Below, piece after piece: positions 26,200-41,200 of a DNA stretch of 64,000 bases. This stretch comes from Tubiluchus corallicola (taxonomy: Eukaryota > Animalia > Priapulida). Both the position numbers and the translations under genes were made by a program. Location of the stretch: assembly GCA_030141605.1 (NCBI GenBank), contig JAQGDQ010000164.1:186001-250000 (forward strand), written 5' to 3'. Under the pieces are notes generated by a model that was given only the letters and a program-made list of their open reading frames with translations, did not search any database and had not been told where the DNA came from. Position 1 is the stretch's first letter. Each line of letters begins with the position of its first letter.

Positions 26200-27100
26200 T
26201 ACTGCTCTTTGGAAGAGCCTCATTTGAGCAATTAATTTACTAGATATTCAGTCCTAGATAGATAATGCCAATTAATTAAGGTTGACAGGTTAATTAACTG
26301 ACCAGTTGAAGATCCTAAAATTGCAACGAGCATACACTAGACGAAGAGGTGACATAACAGAAGCTTAACGGCACCTTCAAGGAGACCCTGAATATATATA
26401 TTCCAGGATAGCAATATATAAGATTTAGCTAGAAGCAAAGATGTGCGGTTACCACTTTCTTGTTTAACTGCAACCACAAAATCTGCAGATTTATATGAAA
26501 GTTGAATATCTGCAACAGCCTCAAAAATGTAGGTAAAAACAAGACTTAATATGTGTGCCCAATTGTTAAAAGCCATTTTTGTATCAAACTAGGAGTTATA
26601 ACCAGTAACAAATAATAAATCACTAACTAGATCCCACAAAGGAATTTTGCATGCAAACCCTCAATGACAACTCACACCACACTGCGTACATACATCAATC
26701 CACCACATCATGCCCATCACACTAAACACACATCATATTGAATTCAATATTCAATTCAGTACATAGCTTCTTCTACACTATGTGCCCTTCCGAGATTTAA
26801 TCGAAGACTTGATTTTGTCAAAGACCCAGTTTTCCAAGTTTCTTCAATTACATACAGGCTACACTAAACTTAATGAATACTTTCATAACATTGGAAGCAT
26901 CTATTCTCCACTCTGTACAGTTTAGTGGAATCTACAGAACATTTTTTTGTCAGAGTGTTTACTTTATTCTGGTCAAAGGGATGTGCTGTTATACAACATT
27001 GCCCGGCATACCTAATTTCAAGTTGGCAGATATATTATCATGTGAAGATGCATACCCAAAAGATTTTGATATAATAATTAAAGATTTTTATTCTTTTATA
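26200..27100 (-). mobile_element. Decayed CR1/L2 LINE fragment
   Basis: AHILSLVFTYIFE...YKSADFVVAVKQESGNR...ILLS resembles the N-terminal part of a LINE RT; many stops. Confidence 0.5.
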
Positions 27101-28194
27101 GATAGCATTTAGATGTTTAAACAAGAAAACACACTTCTAGTCTTATATTTTATAATATATATTAGTTAGTGGAGCATAGATAAATTACTACTGACTAGGA
27201 TGTATGCTAGCAAACTGTTGGAACTAAAATATAATGAAAAACGAGTGAACAGTAAAGGCAAGTTGAGGTAAAACGTATTTACTGTGATTCGGAAAAAAAT
27301 AAAGTTTATTGTGTTGTTGATGTCATAAACAGACATTTTTTGTTGATGCTGTTTACTCGCACTGGTGAAGAGGACCCAGTGTATCCACGGTAGTGTGCCA
27401 TGATAAAAATTTTGCTTATAACATATATTGTCCAGGACTTAAGAGTCACATCAACGTGAACTCTTTTTTTCATTCCTTGTGATAACCCTCTCGTTTTGTT
27501 GATTAAAGCACTTCGACAGCATTTTGTCTATAAACTTAATTAGATATGGAAAATCCTAGACTCAATATGACAAAAACTAAATCGTTCATAAGAGGAATAC
27601 ACACCTGATCACACAATTTTGTGGATTATGCTCAAAATATTTAGTAATAAGCAGTATTCCTTAAGTTTTTGACAATGCACTCTGCGTTTCCTCAAGACCA
27701 TAAAAATAATCCATCCATTGAAATTTTCAACTTTTCTATCAAGAAATTTGCGCACAAAATAGCTAAAGTTGAAAATGTAATTATGGAAGAAATGATTTAT
27801 AATCTGTGTGCAAAGTCTCAGACCATAGATTGACATCTGTATCGAGGTGATTCGTTCAGTAAGTCGACGATGGTAACGCCATGTTTTCGCCACCTCTTCT
27901 TATTTAGATGTATTTTACTCGTATACGTATGTGTATATCTTTTTTTATGTGAGGGATAAATAAATTTGATTTGATTTGTAAAGTAGAAAACAATATCTCG
28001 ATCTGTTCCATTGTCATTGTCTCGTGACCTTGATCCCGTTGAGCAGGTATGTGTGTGTGTGTGTGTGTTCAGTGCTTTTGTTTTTTGATTACCAGTGGTC
28101 AAAATATCAATGTTAAGAGTGGCATGAGAATGGTCACTTAATGGATGAGTGAACTGTTTTAATTCCTTGCCAGAGTTTAACTATTGCCCACTAC

Positions 28195-28588
28195 TAGGAG
28201 TGAGCATAGAAAGTTCGAGTTAAAATTTAATTCGAACGAGTTTTTTAGCTCGAACTCGATTCAAATCTAAAACTATAGATTCGAATAATTCTGCACTTCA
28301 ATAACACATGTTCTTTATCATTAAAATGATTAAAACATCATACAATTAGCATAATTTCAATGTGCTTTCTGTGCACAATTTTAAGCAAATTGTGAGTTGT
28401 TTTATTGCGAAACAAAATCGAGTGATATGCATGATCTTTGTAAGACTAATTTTTACTGGTGGTTCGAAAATCTTTCAATCTCAGTTTGAATTTGGTTAGA
28501 ATTCGAAACATTGAAGTTTGGTTCGATTCAAATGTCACAAATTTGGTTCGATTTGAATTCGCTTTCTGGAAGAGAATGCTCACCCCTA
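28195..28588. mobile_element. hAT-type MITE, 394 bp
   Basis: TIRs TAGGAGTGAGCAT / ATGCTCACCCCTA, perfect 8-bp TSD CCCACTAC (28187-28194, 28589-28596), subterminal TTCGA repeats. Confidence 0.9.
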
Positions 28589-29058
28589 CCCACTACAATA
28601 ATTTGTCTACTGCATGCAAGAGCAACTACTGTTATAGCAGGGGGATCAATTAATTTTAATATTTAATTTGCTTATTGTCTAACTTCTGTAGATCAATTTC
28701 AAGTTTGCAAAGTCTAGAATATTTATATTTTGAAGTCTGGACTCCAATTGTCAACCTCCTCATGCAGTCATCCAGATAATTTTTTGTGCTTTAAATAGCT
28801 GCCTAATTATTTTAACTTTGATCATCGAAAATCACTCTTATACATTCGCTTGCTTATGCACGACTATAACACACAACCTACAGAATTGTTTGCAATGTAA
28901 TTTTTTATTCGGGCTTTTTTCCCTGCATGATCTACTTATTGTTATGTAAATATATAGTTTCAGTATATATCTCAGTTTAATATATATATATATATATATA
29001 CATAATGTGAATATGAATGTAAGACAGCAGTTATAGGTAAACCTCAACGTGTTTATTT

Positions 29059-29333
29059 AAAGTATACATTGCGTTAATTAGGTGCAACAATCTAATCATG
29101 GCACGACATGGTAAAATGATAAATGGTCACTACCATGATGTGAATATGAGTCATATGATATATCAAGTAATTTAAGTAAAACTAAACTTATTAGACATTA
29201 CTTGCCTATTCTTTATAAGCAAAGAGCCTGACCAAGGGCCCGACTTATCTTCCCAGCCCTAATTACCATAGTAAAACTTTCATTCAGTTTCTTTTCTGTG
29301 AACTCGTTGTTCAGCTCTTTGCATGATATGGCA
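29059..29333. repeat. Isolated, diverged partial copy of the ~790-bp array unit
   Basis: Aligns to the first ~290 bp of the units at 32.3-41.8 kb. Confidence 0.9.
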
Positions 29334-29344
29334 ATTCTCAAACG

Positions 29345-32255
29345 TGTTGTTAGAGCCCGCGTGTCGCAAAGCAGTTAAATATTCGCGAGGAACGTAGGGA
29401 ACAACAATTTTCTTCTTTTTTGTTAATGTTGAACTATTTGGCAAGGAAGCGGAGTTTGAAATTATTTTTTAGCAGACGGAAAGAAAACCGCTTTTGCGTT
29501 AATTTTTTTACATAGAGTTTTGTGTTGTTTTGCATCTTTGTAAGTTTTAATAAATGCCTTTAGAGTTCTGATTAATCCACGAGTCTGAAGCATTTGTTTT
29601 CGCCTGCCTGCGTTTATTATTTGCAGGTTGTCTGTCTTGTTTGAAACGAGCGCTTACCCGGACATCAGAGGGGACGCCCATTTCTTCCCCTCGCACAGGT
29701 GAAGTTTTTTGTTAAATTTAATCATCAATGACCAATGATAGAAGTGCTACTCGGAACGTAAAAGGTGGGCATTTTCAATTATGGTGCCGGAGTAGCCGGG
29801 ACATTGAACCCAATTACAGAATAAAACTAAGTAAAAGTAATGTAAAAGGCTGCACTCGCAAGTGTAAAATACAAAGGTGCTAAACTCATCTCAGTTACTA
29901 TGGCATATTGCAACTATAAAACAGAGTGCACAAATTCAGAACAGTCTGTGACTATAGATATAGGGATGAATGGAGACAAGGTTTACGATTCCAAGTGCAC
30001 CTTTGGAACTGCTCTTCAAAGAAGTGGTTAAAATTTATCGCAGTAATTTAGAAAGGCACTTACAAGTAGCCGAGGAATTGTTGAGCAATTTTATAGGTTC
30101 GGCCGAGCAAGCGAAATTGACAAAAGAGTTTAATACAAAATTGCCAACATCGCTTACGAGATTCGGAAATACTTGTGTAAAGTTGGTAGACTGAACTGAA
30201 ACGTAAACAGCTATTCAGTATTTCAAGCTAGAGATGAATTATTGGAAGGAAATTGTGTGCTATTTGAAAAGACTTGTAATATAGTAGAAAGGTTAAAAAT
30301 ATTAGACATTTGTGCTCAACAAGCAATGAAATTTGTAAAAAGCCAATGTGAAAATGCTCTTGGGCCTACTGAATTTAATTTTGCACCCGAGAATCAAGAT
30401 GTGGCTAATGGTCACTTAAATGACTTTTCAACTAAAATAAAAGGTCCCCAATGTGTGAAAATGGAAGGTGGAGTACAGTTAAGCCTGAATGGTGCTTGTG
30501 GTGACATGGAAAACTACGTGGGAATACAACAAACAATTACCCTAAGCCCAGTAGTTATAAAGAGACTTACCACTATAAATATACTCTGCCAACTGAGTCA
30601 GATGTGACATATGAAACACCAAAATTTAGTGATTCTGGGCAGAATTTAACAAATGATTTCATTGTTAGTGATTGTGAGTCATTTAAAAATCACTTTTGTG
30701 CGAACTCCACAAATGCGCCTAATTATAACTTGAGCACTAAGAACGCCAACAGTCTGCTGTTTAATAGAGATTTAATATCTGACATCAGTGCGTTTCACGT
30801 AACACCTCCTTCTGTAACCAACTCTAGTACTGCTAATTGTGTGATTTGACATTGTAGTACTGTAAGATTTCTCAGCTTAGAGCTAGATAGATTTACAGGC
30901 AATCCCCTACAATGGCCCAGTTTCCTACAAGTCTTCCTTGCGAATGTGCATCACAATGAATCTATTAGCACGAATGAAAAATTCAGTCTTTGCTGCAGAG
31001 GCAATCATGTTAGTTAATTGAAAGTTTGGTTCTTGATGATGCAAATTATGAAAATGCAATGGAATTGTTACATGATGAGTATGGTGATCCTGATAATACT
31101 GTGGCATAAAACCACTATTAAACAATGCTACTGAACTGAAGTTGTTTCTAAGAACATTTGTTATAGTGGCTAGAAATTTGGCTTCTTTGGGTCAAAATAC
31201 AGAAACTCCAATCTTGGCACAGCAAATGCTAGAAAAGCTGCCCAGAAGTTTTTTCCTATTATTATTAACATCGCCGAGGTGGTCCGAAAACTGTATCAGC
31301 TTCTGTGAGCTTATGCTCGTGTGCTAGCTGAGACTGAAGAGACAATTAACAATGCACATCGTAATGATTTTACTGATGTCTCCATGGTCTATAGCAATCG
31401 AGCATATAATACACATTCTGTGCATGAAAATGCACATTCCTGCACGTCACATAGTGAACGAGCAAACACATTTAGAACACAAAATGCAGATGTAGCAAGA
31501 CACCAAACTTATTAAGATAAGCCCTTGCAACACACGACTTTGTTCAAAAGTAATAGTAACAGTGCTTCATTTCAAACTACATCTGTCACTGCAATAGACG
31601 GTAATAGGGCATTAGCATATAGCTACAGTAGCAAAAATAATAGCAATTCAAAACCCAACTGGCCCTGCTATTGTTGTCAAGAAGTAGCAAAAAGACCATT
31701 TTGCCGCTGATTGCAAACAATATTCAACTGCACAAGAACGTTCACTAATTCTAATAGATAGGTGACAGAGATGCTTAAAGTTGGGACCACATAACTTATT
31801 ACTAATGCAAAACTAAGGGTCACCGTGACTCGCTCTGTCCTATACAATTTCCCACACCAAATGAACAAACTGAAACAGCATTTTGACCAATTCAGACACA
31901 CTTGTAGTACCTGAGTGGCAATGACTACTTATCTAAATTTTTAACAGGAGAAAACCTAGAAGTTCAACCGGATGTGTATGTCATTGGTTCTGTGCTCAGA
32001 TTCTTATTAGGAGGGTTCTACTTGTCACATGAGCTAATTGGACAGCAGATTAGTCTAACGCTTGACCCAGTTTTACATTTGAATGAAAACACGGGTCTAT
32101 TGTCAGATGAACAATGGATGTGAGGCCAGAATCAGAACTCATCAAAGGTTTCCAACCTACAGAAGGTTCACTGTTCACAACAGTATCAGTCATCGAATCA
32201 TCAGTGACACACTTAAATAAAAATTGGGTCTCAGACCCAACCCAAGTTGTACTTG
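29345..32255 (+). mobile_element. Decayed BEL/Pao LTR retrotransposon: putative 5' LTR ~29345-29777, PBS ~29782-29801, gag remnant
   Basis: TG...CA ends with an internal AATAAA; PBS-like TGGTGCCGGAGTAGCCGGGA. LELDRFTGNPLQWPSFLQVF...NYENAMELLHDEYGDP (DUF1759-like), MLEKLP, and a CYCC...HFAADC knuckle. Many stops and frameshifts; no pol or 3' LTR seen. Confidence 0.8.
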
Positions 32256-32260
32256 AACAA

Positions 32261-35200
32261 ACATTGCGTTACATTGCGTTAAATTAGGTGCAACAATCTA
32301 AACATGGCACGACATGGTGGAATGATAAATGGTCACTACCACGATGTAAATATGAGTCATATGATATACCAAGTAATTTAAGTAAAACTAAACATATTAG
32401 ACCTTACTTGCCTATTCTTTGTAAGTAAAGAGCTTGACCAAGGTCCCCGTTTCTCTTCCCAGCATTAATCAACCTAGTAAAAGTTTAAATTATTTTCATT
32501 CAGTTTCGTTTCTGTGAACTCGTGTGGGCTGTGTGCAGCTCTTCGCATGATTTGACATGAGGTTTTGGCCCCTAAGCTACCAACTGCCTAATTAATGTGC
32601 ATGCATTATGCCCAACAATATCATCATCATTATCAACAGTGTTCATGTTTCATGCCAAATCATCCCAGAACTCACCACGAGGAGGTGGCTGCACTTGAGT
32701 TCCACCTAACTAACTTAATTAAAGGTAATAATAAGATATTATCTAATAGATCGATTAAATAATTACCATAATAAATTTGTCAAAAAAATTAATCCAGCAT
32801 TGCCTACTTGCAGTTGAAGTCTAACTACGAAAGGAGAAAGGAACTGATGTTAAAAGAGCAATACTAGCTAAAAGTTAGTAAGTCTATTGTTCTACATAAT
32901 ATACAATGTACTACGTACTAACTTAGGTGTAACATTCTAATCATGGCACGACGTGGTGGAACGATAAATGGTCACTACCATGATGTGAATATGAGTGATA
33001 AGATATAGTAGATGTAGGTAAACGTAAACATATTTAGATAAAGTATACATTGCGTTAAATTAGGTGCAACAATCTAATCATGGCACGACATGGTGGAACG
33101 ATAAATGGTCACTACCACGATGTAAATATGAGTCATATGATATACCAAGTAATTTAAGTAAAACTAAACATATTAGACCTTACTTGCCTATTCTTTGTAA
33201 GTAAAGAGCTTGACCAAGGTCCCCATTTCTCTTCCCAGCCTTAATCAGCCTAGCAAAAGTTTAAATTATTTTCATTCAGTTTCATTTCTGTGAACTCGTT
33301 TGGGCTGTGTGCAGCTCTTCGCATGATTTGGTATGAGGTTTTGGCCCTAAGCTACCAACTGCCTAACTATGATAAATAATTATTGCAAAATTTTACATTT
33401 GCGTGCATTATGCCCAACAATATCATCATCATCATTATCAACAGTGTTCATGTCTCATGCCAAATCATCCCAGAACTCACCACGAGGAGGTGGCTGCACT
33501 TGAGTTCCACGTAACTAACTTAATTAAAGGTAATAATAAGATATTATCTAATAGATCGATTAAATAATTACCATAATAAATTTGTCAAAAAAATTAGTCC
33601 AGTATTGCCTACTTGCAGTTGAAGTCTAACAACGAAAGGAGAAAGGAACTGATGTTAAAAGGGCAATACTCGCTAAAAGTTAGTAAGTCTATTGTTCTAC
33701 ATAATATACAATGTACTAACTTAGGTGTAACATTCTAATCATGGCACGACGTGGTGGAACGATAAATGGTCACTACCATGATGTGAATATGAGTGATAAG
33801 ATATAGTAGATGTAGGTAAACGTAAACATATTTAGATAAAGTATACATTGCGTTAAATTAGGTGCAACAATCTAATCATGGCACGACATGGTGGAATGAT
33901 AAATGGTCACTACCACGATGTAAATATGAGTCATATGATATACCAAGTAATTTAAGTAAAACTAAACATATTAGACCTTACTTGCCTATTCTTTGTAAGT
34001 AAAGAGCTTGACCAAGGTCCCCGTTTCTCTTCCCAGCCTTAATCAGCCTAGTAAAAGTTGAAATTATTTTCATTCAGTTTCGTTTCTGTGAACTCGTGTG
34101 GGCTGTGTGCAGCTCTTCGCATGATTTGGCATGAGGTTTTGGCCCCTAAGCTACCAACTGCCTAACTAATGTGCATGCATTATGCCCAACAACATCATCA
34201 TCATTATTATCAACAGTGTTCATGTCTCATGCCAAATCATCCCAGAACTCACCACGAGGAGGTGGCTGCACTTGAGTTCCACCTAACTAACTTACTTAAA
34301 GGTAATAATAAGATATTATCTAATAGATCGATTAAATAATTACCATAATAAATTTGTCAAAAAAATTAATCCAGCATTGCCTACTTGCAGTTGAAGTCTA
34401 ACTACGAAAGGAGAAAGGAACTGATGTTAAAAGGGCAATACTCGCTAAAAGTTAGTAAGTCTATTGTTCTACATAATATACAATGTACTAACTTAGGTGT
34501 AACATTCTAATCATGGCACGACGTGGTGGAACGATAAATGGTCACTACCATGATGTGAATATGAGTGATAAGATATAGTAGATGTAGGTAAACGTAAACA
34601 TATTTAGATAAAGTATACATTGCGTTAAATTAGGTGCAACAATCTAATCATGGCACACCATGGTGGAATGATAAATGGTCACTACCACGATGTAAATATG
34701 AGTCATATGATATACCAAGTAATTTAAGTAAAACTAAACATATTAGACCTTACTTGCCTATTCTTTGTAAGTAAAGAGCTTGACCAAGGTCCCCGTTTCT
34801 CTTCCCAGCCTTAATCAGCCTAGTAAAAGTTTAAATTATTTTCATTCAGTTTCGTTTCTGTGAACTCGTGTGGGCTGTGTGCAGCTCTTCGCATGATTTG
34901 GCATGAGGTTTTGGCCCCTAAGCTACCAACTGCCTAACTAATGTGCATGCATTATGCCCAACAACATCATCATTATTATCAACAGTGTTCATGTCTCATG
35001 CCAAATCATCCCAGAACTCACCACGAGGAGGTGGCTGCACTTGAGTTCCACCTAACTAACTTACTTAAAGGTAATAATAAGATATTATCTAATACATCGA
35101 TTAAATAATTACCATAATAAATTTGTCAAAAAAATTAATCCAGCATTGCCTACTTGCAGTTGAAGTCTAACTACGAAAGGAGAAAGGAACTGATGTTAAA

Positions 35201-38200
35201 AGAGCAATACTAGCTAAAAGTTAGTAAGTCTATTGTTCTACATAATATACAATGTACTAACTTAGGTGTAACATTCTAATCATGGCACGACGTGGTGGAA
35301 CGATAAATGGTCACTAAATGGTCACTACCATGATGTGAATATGAGTGATAAGATATAGTAGATGTAGGTAAACGTAAACATATTTAGATAAAGTATACAT
35401 TGCGTTAAATTAGGTGCAACAATCTAATCATGGCACGACATGGTGGAACGATAAATGGTCACTACCACGATGTAAATATGAGTCATATGATATACCAAGT
35501 AATTTAAGTAAAACTAAACATATTACACCTTACTTGCCTATTCTTTGTAAGTAAAGAACTTGACCAAGGTCCCCATTTCTTTTCCCAGCCTTAATCAGCC
35601 TAGCAAAAGTTTAAATTATTTTCATTCAGTTTCATTTCTGTGAACTCGTGTGGGCTGTGTGCAGCTCTTCGCATGATTTGGTATGAGATTTTGGCCCTAA
35701 GCTACCAACTGCCTAACTATGATAAATAATTATTGCAAAATTTTACATTTGCGTGCATTATGCCCAACAATATCATCATTATCAACAGTGTTCATGTCTC
35801 ATGCCAAATCATCCCAGAACTCACCACGAGGAGGTGGCTGCACTTGAGTTCCACCTAACTAACTTACTTAAAGGTAATAATAAGATATTATCTAATAGAT
35901 CGATTAAATAATTACCATAATAAATTTGTCAAAAAAATTAGTCCAGTATTGCCTACTTGCAGTTGAAGTCTAACAATGAAAGGAGAAAGGAACTGATGTT
36001 AAAAGGGCAATACTCGCTAAAAGTTAGTAAGTCTATTGTTCTACATAATATACAATGTACTAACTTAGGTGTAACATTCTAATCATGGCACGACATGGTG
36101 GAACGATAAATGGTCACTACCATGATGTGAATATGAGTGATAAGATATAGTAGATGTAGGTAAACGTAAACATATTTAGATAAAGTATACATTGCGTTAA
36201 ATTAGGTGCAACAATCTAATCATGGCACGACATGGTGGAATGATAAATGGTCACTACCACGATGTAAATATGAGTCATATGATATACCAAGTAATTTAAG
36301 TAAAACTAAACATATTAGACCTTACTTGCCTATTCTTTGTAAGTAAAGAGCTTGACCAAGGTCCCCATTTCTCTTCCCAGCCTTAATCAGCCTAGTAAAA
36401 GTTTAAATTATTTTCATTCAGTTTCGTTTCTGTGAACTCGTGTGGGCTGTGTGCAGCTCTTCGCATGATTTGGCATGAGGTTTTGGCCCCTAAGCTACCA
36501 ACTGCCTAACTAATGTGCATGCATTATGCCCAACAACATCATCATTATTATCAACAGTGTTCATGTCTCATCACCACGAGGAGGTGGCTGCACTTGAGTT
36601 CCACCTAACTAACTTACTTAAAGGTAATAATAAGATATTATCTAATACATCGATTAAATAATTACCATAATAAATTTGTCAAAAAAATTAATCCAGCACT
36701 GCCTACTTGCAGTTGAAGTCTAACTACGAAAGGAGAAAGAACTGATGTTAAAAGAGCAATACTCGCTAAAAGTTAGTAAGTCTATTGTTCTACATAATAT
36801 ACAATGTACTAACTTAGGTGTAACATTCTAATCATGGCACGACGTGGTGGAACGATAAATGGTCACTACCATGATGTGAATATGAGTGATAAGATATAGT
36901 AGATGTAGGTAAACGTAAACATATTTAGATAAAGTATACATTGCGTTAAATTAGGTGCAACAATCTAATCATGGCACGACATGGTGGAACGATAAATGGT
37001 CACTACCATGATGTAAATATGAGTCATATGATATACCAAGTAATTTAAGTAAAACTAAACGTATTAGACCTGACTTGCCTATTCTTTGTAAGTAAAGAGC
37101 TTGACCAAGGTCCCCGTTTCTCTTCCCAGCCTTAATCAGCCTAGTAAAAGTTTAAGATATTTTCATTCAGTTTCGTTTCTGTGAACTCGTGTGGTCTGTG
37201 TGCAGCTCTTTGCATGATTTGGCATGAGGTTTTGGCCCCTAAGCTACCAACTGCCTAACTAATGTGCATGCATTATGCCCAACAACATCATCATCATTAT
37301 TATCAACAGTGTTCATGTCTCATGCCAAATCATCCCAGAACTCACCACGAGGAGGTGGCTGCACTTGAGTTCCACCTAACTAACTTACTTAAAGGTAATA
37401 ATAAGATATTATCTAATAGATCGATTAAATAATTACCATAATAAATTTGTAAAAAAAATTAATCCAGCATTGCCTACTTGCAGTTGAAGTCTAACTACGA
37501 AAGGAGAAAGGAACTGATGTTAAAAGAGCAATACTAGCTAAAAGTTAGTAAGTCTATTGTTCTACATAATATACAATGTACTAACTTAGGTGTAACATTC
37601 TAATCATGGCACGACGTGGTGGAACGATAAATGGTCACTACCATGATATGAATATGAGTGATAAGATATAGTAGATGTAGGTAAATGTAAACATATTTAG
37701 ATAAAGTATACTTTGCGTTAAATTGGGTGCAACAATCTAATCATGGCACGGCATGGTGGAACGATAAATGGTCACTACCACGATGTAAATATCAGTCATA
37801 TGATATAGAAAGTAATTTACGTAAAACTAAACTTATTAGACCTTACTTGCCTATTCTTTGTAAGTAAGGAGCTTGACCAAGGTCCCCGTTTCTCCTCCCA
37901 GCCTTAATCAGCCTAGTAAAAGTTTAAATTATTTTCATTCAGTTTCGTTTCTGTGAACTCGTGTGGGCTGTGTGCAGCTCTTCGCATGATTTGGCATGAG
38001 GTTTTGGCCCCTAAGCTACCAACTGCCTTCCTATGATAAATAATTATTGCAAAATTTTACATTTGCATGCATTATGCCCAACAATATCATCATCATCATC
38101 ATTATCAACAGTGTTCATGTTTCATGCCAAATCATCCCAGAACTCACCACGAGGAGGTGGCTGCACTTGAGTTCCACCTAACTAACTTAATTAAAGGTAA

Positions 38201-41200
38201 TAATAAGATATTATCTAATAGATCGATTAAATAATTACCATAATAAATTTGTCAAAAAAATTAATCCAGCATTGCCTACTTGCAGTTGAAGTCTAACTAT
38301 GAAAGGAGAAAGGAACTGATGTTAAAAGAGCAATACTAGCTAAAAGTTAGTAAGTCTATTGTTCTACATAATATACAATGTACTAACTTAGGTGTAACAT
38401 TCTAATCATGGCACGACGTGGTGGAACGATAAATGGTCACTACCATGATGTGAATATGAGTGATCAGATATAGTAGATGTAGGTAAACGTAAACATATTT
38501 AGATAAAGTATACATTGCGTTAAATTAGGTGCAACAATCTAATCATGGCACGACATGGTGGAATGATAAATGGTCACTACCATGATGTAAATATGAGTCA
38601 TATGATATACCAAGTAATTTAAGTAAAACTAAACATATTAGACCTTACTTGCCTATTCTTTGTAAGTAAAGAGCTTGACCAAGGTCCCTATTTCTCTTCC
38701 CAGCCTTAATCAGCCTAGTAAGAGTTTAAATTGTTTTCATTCAGTTTCATTTCTGTGAACTCGTGTGTGCTGTGTGCAGCTCTTCGCATAATTTGGCATG
38801 AGGTTTTGGCCCCTAAGCTACCAACTGCCTAACTAATGCCGCGATGCTTCCACAATATCATCATCATCATCATTATCAATATAGTGTTCATACTTAGTGC
38901 TAACCATCCAGAACTCCACTAATGATGAGGCAGCTGCAATTTGGAGTTCCAGCCGCAATCACTTGTGAATGAAGGTAATAATAAGACATTATCTAATAGA
39001 TCAGATTAAATAATTTTTCATTTAGTAATAAATTGTCAAAAAATTAGTCCAGTAATGTCACTTCTTGTAAAGTTGAAGTCTAACAATTATATGAGAAAGA
39101 CAACCGATATACAGTATTAGATTTTTAAAAGTTAGTAAGTCTATTGTTCTACATAATATACAATGTACTAACTTAGGTGTAACATTCTAATCATGGCACG
39201 ACGTGGTGGAACGATAAATGGTCACTACCATGATGTGAATATGAGTGATAAGATATAGTAGATGTAGGTAAACGTAAACATATTTAGATAAAGTATACAT
39301 TGCGTTAAATTGGGTGCAACAATCTAATCATGGCACGACATGGTGGAACGATAAATGGTCACTACCATGATATGAATATGAGTGATAAGATATACCAAGT
39401 AATTTAAGTAAAACTAAACGTATTAGACCTGACTTGCCTATTCTTTGTAAGTAAAGAGCTTGACCAAGGTCCCCGTTTCTCTTCCCAGCCTTAATCAGCC
39501 TAGTAAAAGTTTAAGATATTTTCATTCAGTTTCGTTTCTGTGAACTCGTGTGGTCTGTGTGCAGCTCTTTGCATGATTTGGCATGAGGTTTTGGCCCCTA
39601 AGCTACCAACTGCCTAACTAATGTGCATGCATTATGCCCAACAACATCATCATCATTATTATCAACAGTGTTCATGTCTCATGCCAAATCATCCCAGAAC
39701 TCACCACGAGGAGGTGGCTGCACTTGAGTTCCACCTAACTAACTTACTTAAAGGTAATAATAAGATATTATCTAATAGATCGATTAAATAATTACCATAA
39801 TAAATTTGTAAAAAAAATTAATCCAGCATTGCCTACTTGCAGTTGAAGTCTAACTACGAAAGGAGAAAGGAACTGATGTTAAAAGAGCAATACTAGCTAA
39901 AAGTTAGTAAGTCTATTGTTCTACATAATATACAATGTACTAACTTAGGTGTAACATTCTAATCATGGCACGACGTGGTGGAACGATAAATGGTCACTAC
40001 CATGATATGAATATGAGTGATAAGATATAGTAGATGTAGGTAAATGTAAACATATTTAGATAAAGTATACATTGTGTTAAATTAGGTGCAACATTCTAAT
40101 CATGGCACGGCATGGTGGAACGATAAATGGTCACTACCACGATGTAAATATCAGTCATATGATATAGAAAGTAATTTACGTAAAACTAAACTTATTAGAC
40201 CTTACTTGCCTATTCTTTGTAAGTAAGGAGCTTGACCAAGGTCCCCGTTTCTCCTCCCAGCCTTAATCAGCCTAGTAAAAGTTTAAATTATTTTCATTCA
40301 GTTTCGTTTCTGTGAACTCGTGTGGGCTGTGTGCAGCTCTTCGCATGATTTGGCATGAGGTTTTGGCCCCTAAGCTACCAACTGCCTTCCTATGATAAAT
40401 AATTATTGCAAAATTTTACATTTGCATGCATTATGCCCAACAATATCATCATCATCATCATTATCAACAGTGTTCATGTTTCATGCCAAATCATCCCAGA
40501 ACTCACCACGAGGAGGTGGCTGCACTTGAGTTCCACCTAACTAACTTACTTAAAGGTAATAATAAGATATTATCTAATAGATCGATTAAATAATTACCAT
40601 AATAAATTTGTCAAAAAAATTAATCCAGCATTGCCTACTTGCAGTTGAAGTCTAACTACGAAAGGAGAAAGGAACTGATGTTAAAAGAGCAATACTAGCT
40701 AAAAGTTAGTAAGTCTATTGTTCTACATAATATACAATGTACTAACTTAGGTGTAACATTCTAATCATGGCACGACGTGGTGGAACGATAAATGGTCACT
40801 ACCATGATGTGAATATGAGTGATAAGATATAGTAGATGTAGGTAAACGTAAACATATTTAGATAAAGTATACATTGCGTTAAATTAGGTGCAACAATCTA
40901 ATCATGGCACGACATGGTGGAATGATAAATGGTCACTACCATGATGTAAATATGAGTCATATGATATACCAAGTAATTTAAGTAAAACTAAACATATTAG
41001 ACCTTACTTGCCTATTCTTTGTAAGTAAAGAGCTTGACCAAGGTCCCCATTTCTCTTCCCAGCCTTAATCAGCCTAGTAAGAGTTTAAATTGTTTTCATT
41101 CAGTTTCATTTCTGTGAACTCGTGTGTGCTGTGTGCAGCTCTTCGCATAATTTGGCATGAGGTTTTGGCCCCTAAGCTACCAACTGCCTAACTATGATAA

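Noticed and set aside
33185-33250. GKR-NGDLGQALYLQRI-GK amidated neuropeptide reading of the array exon
   Set aside because: The older copy at 29.2 kb has a stop and many replacements in this frame, while changes in another frame are more often synonymous.
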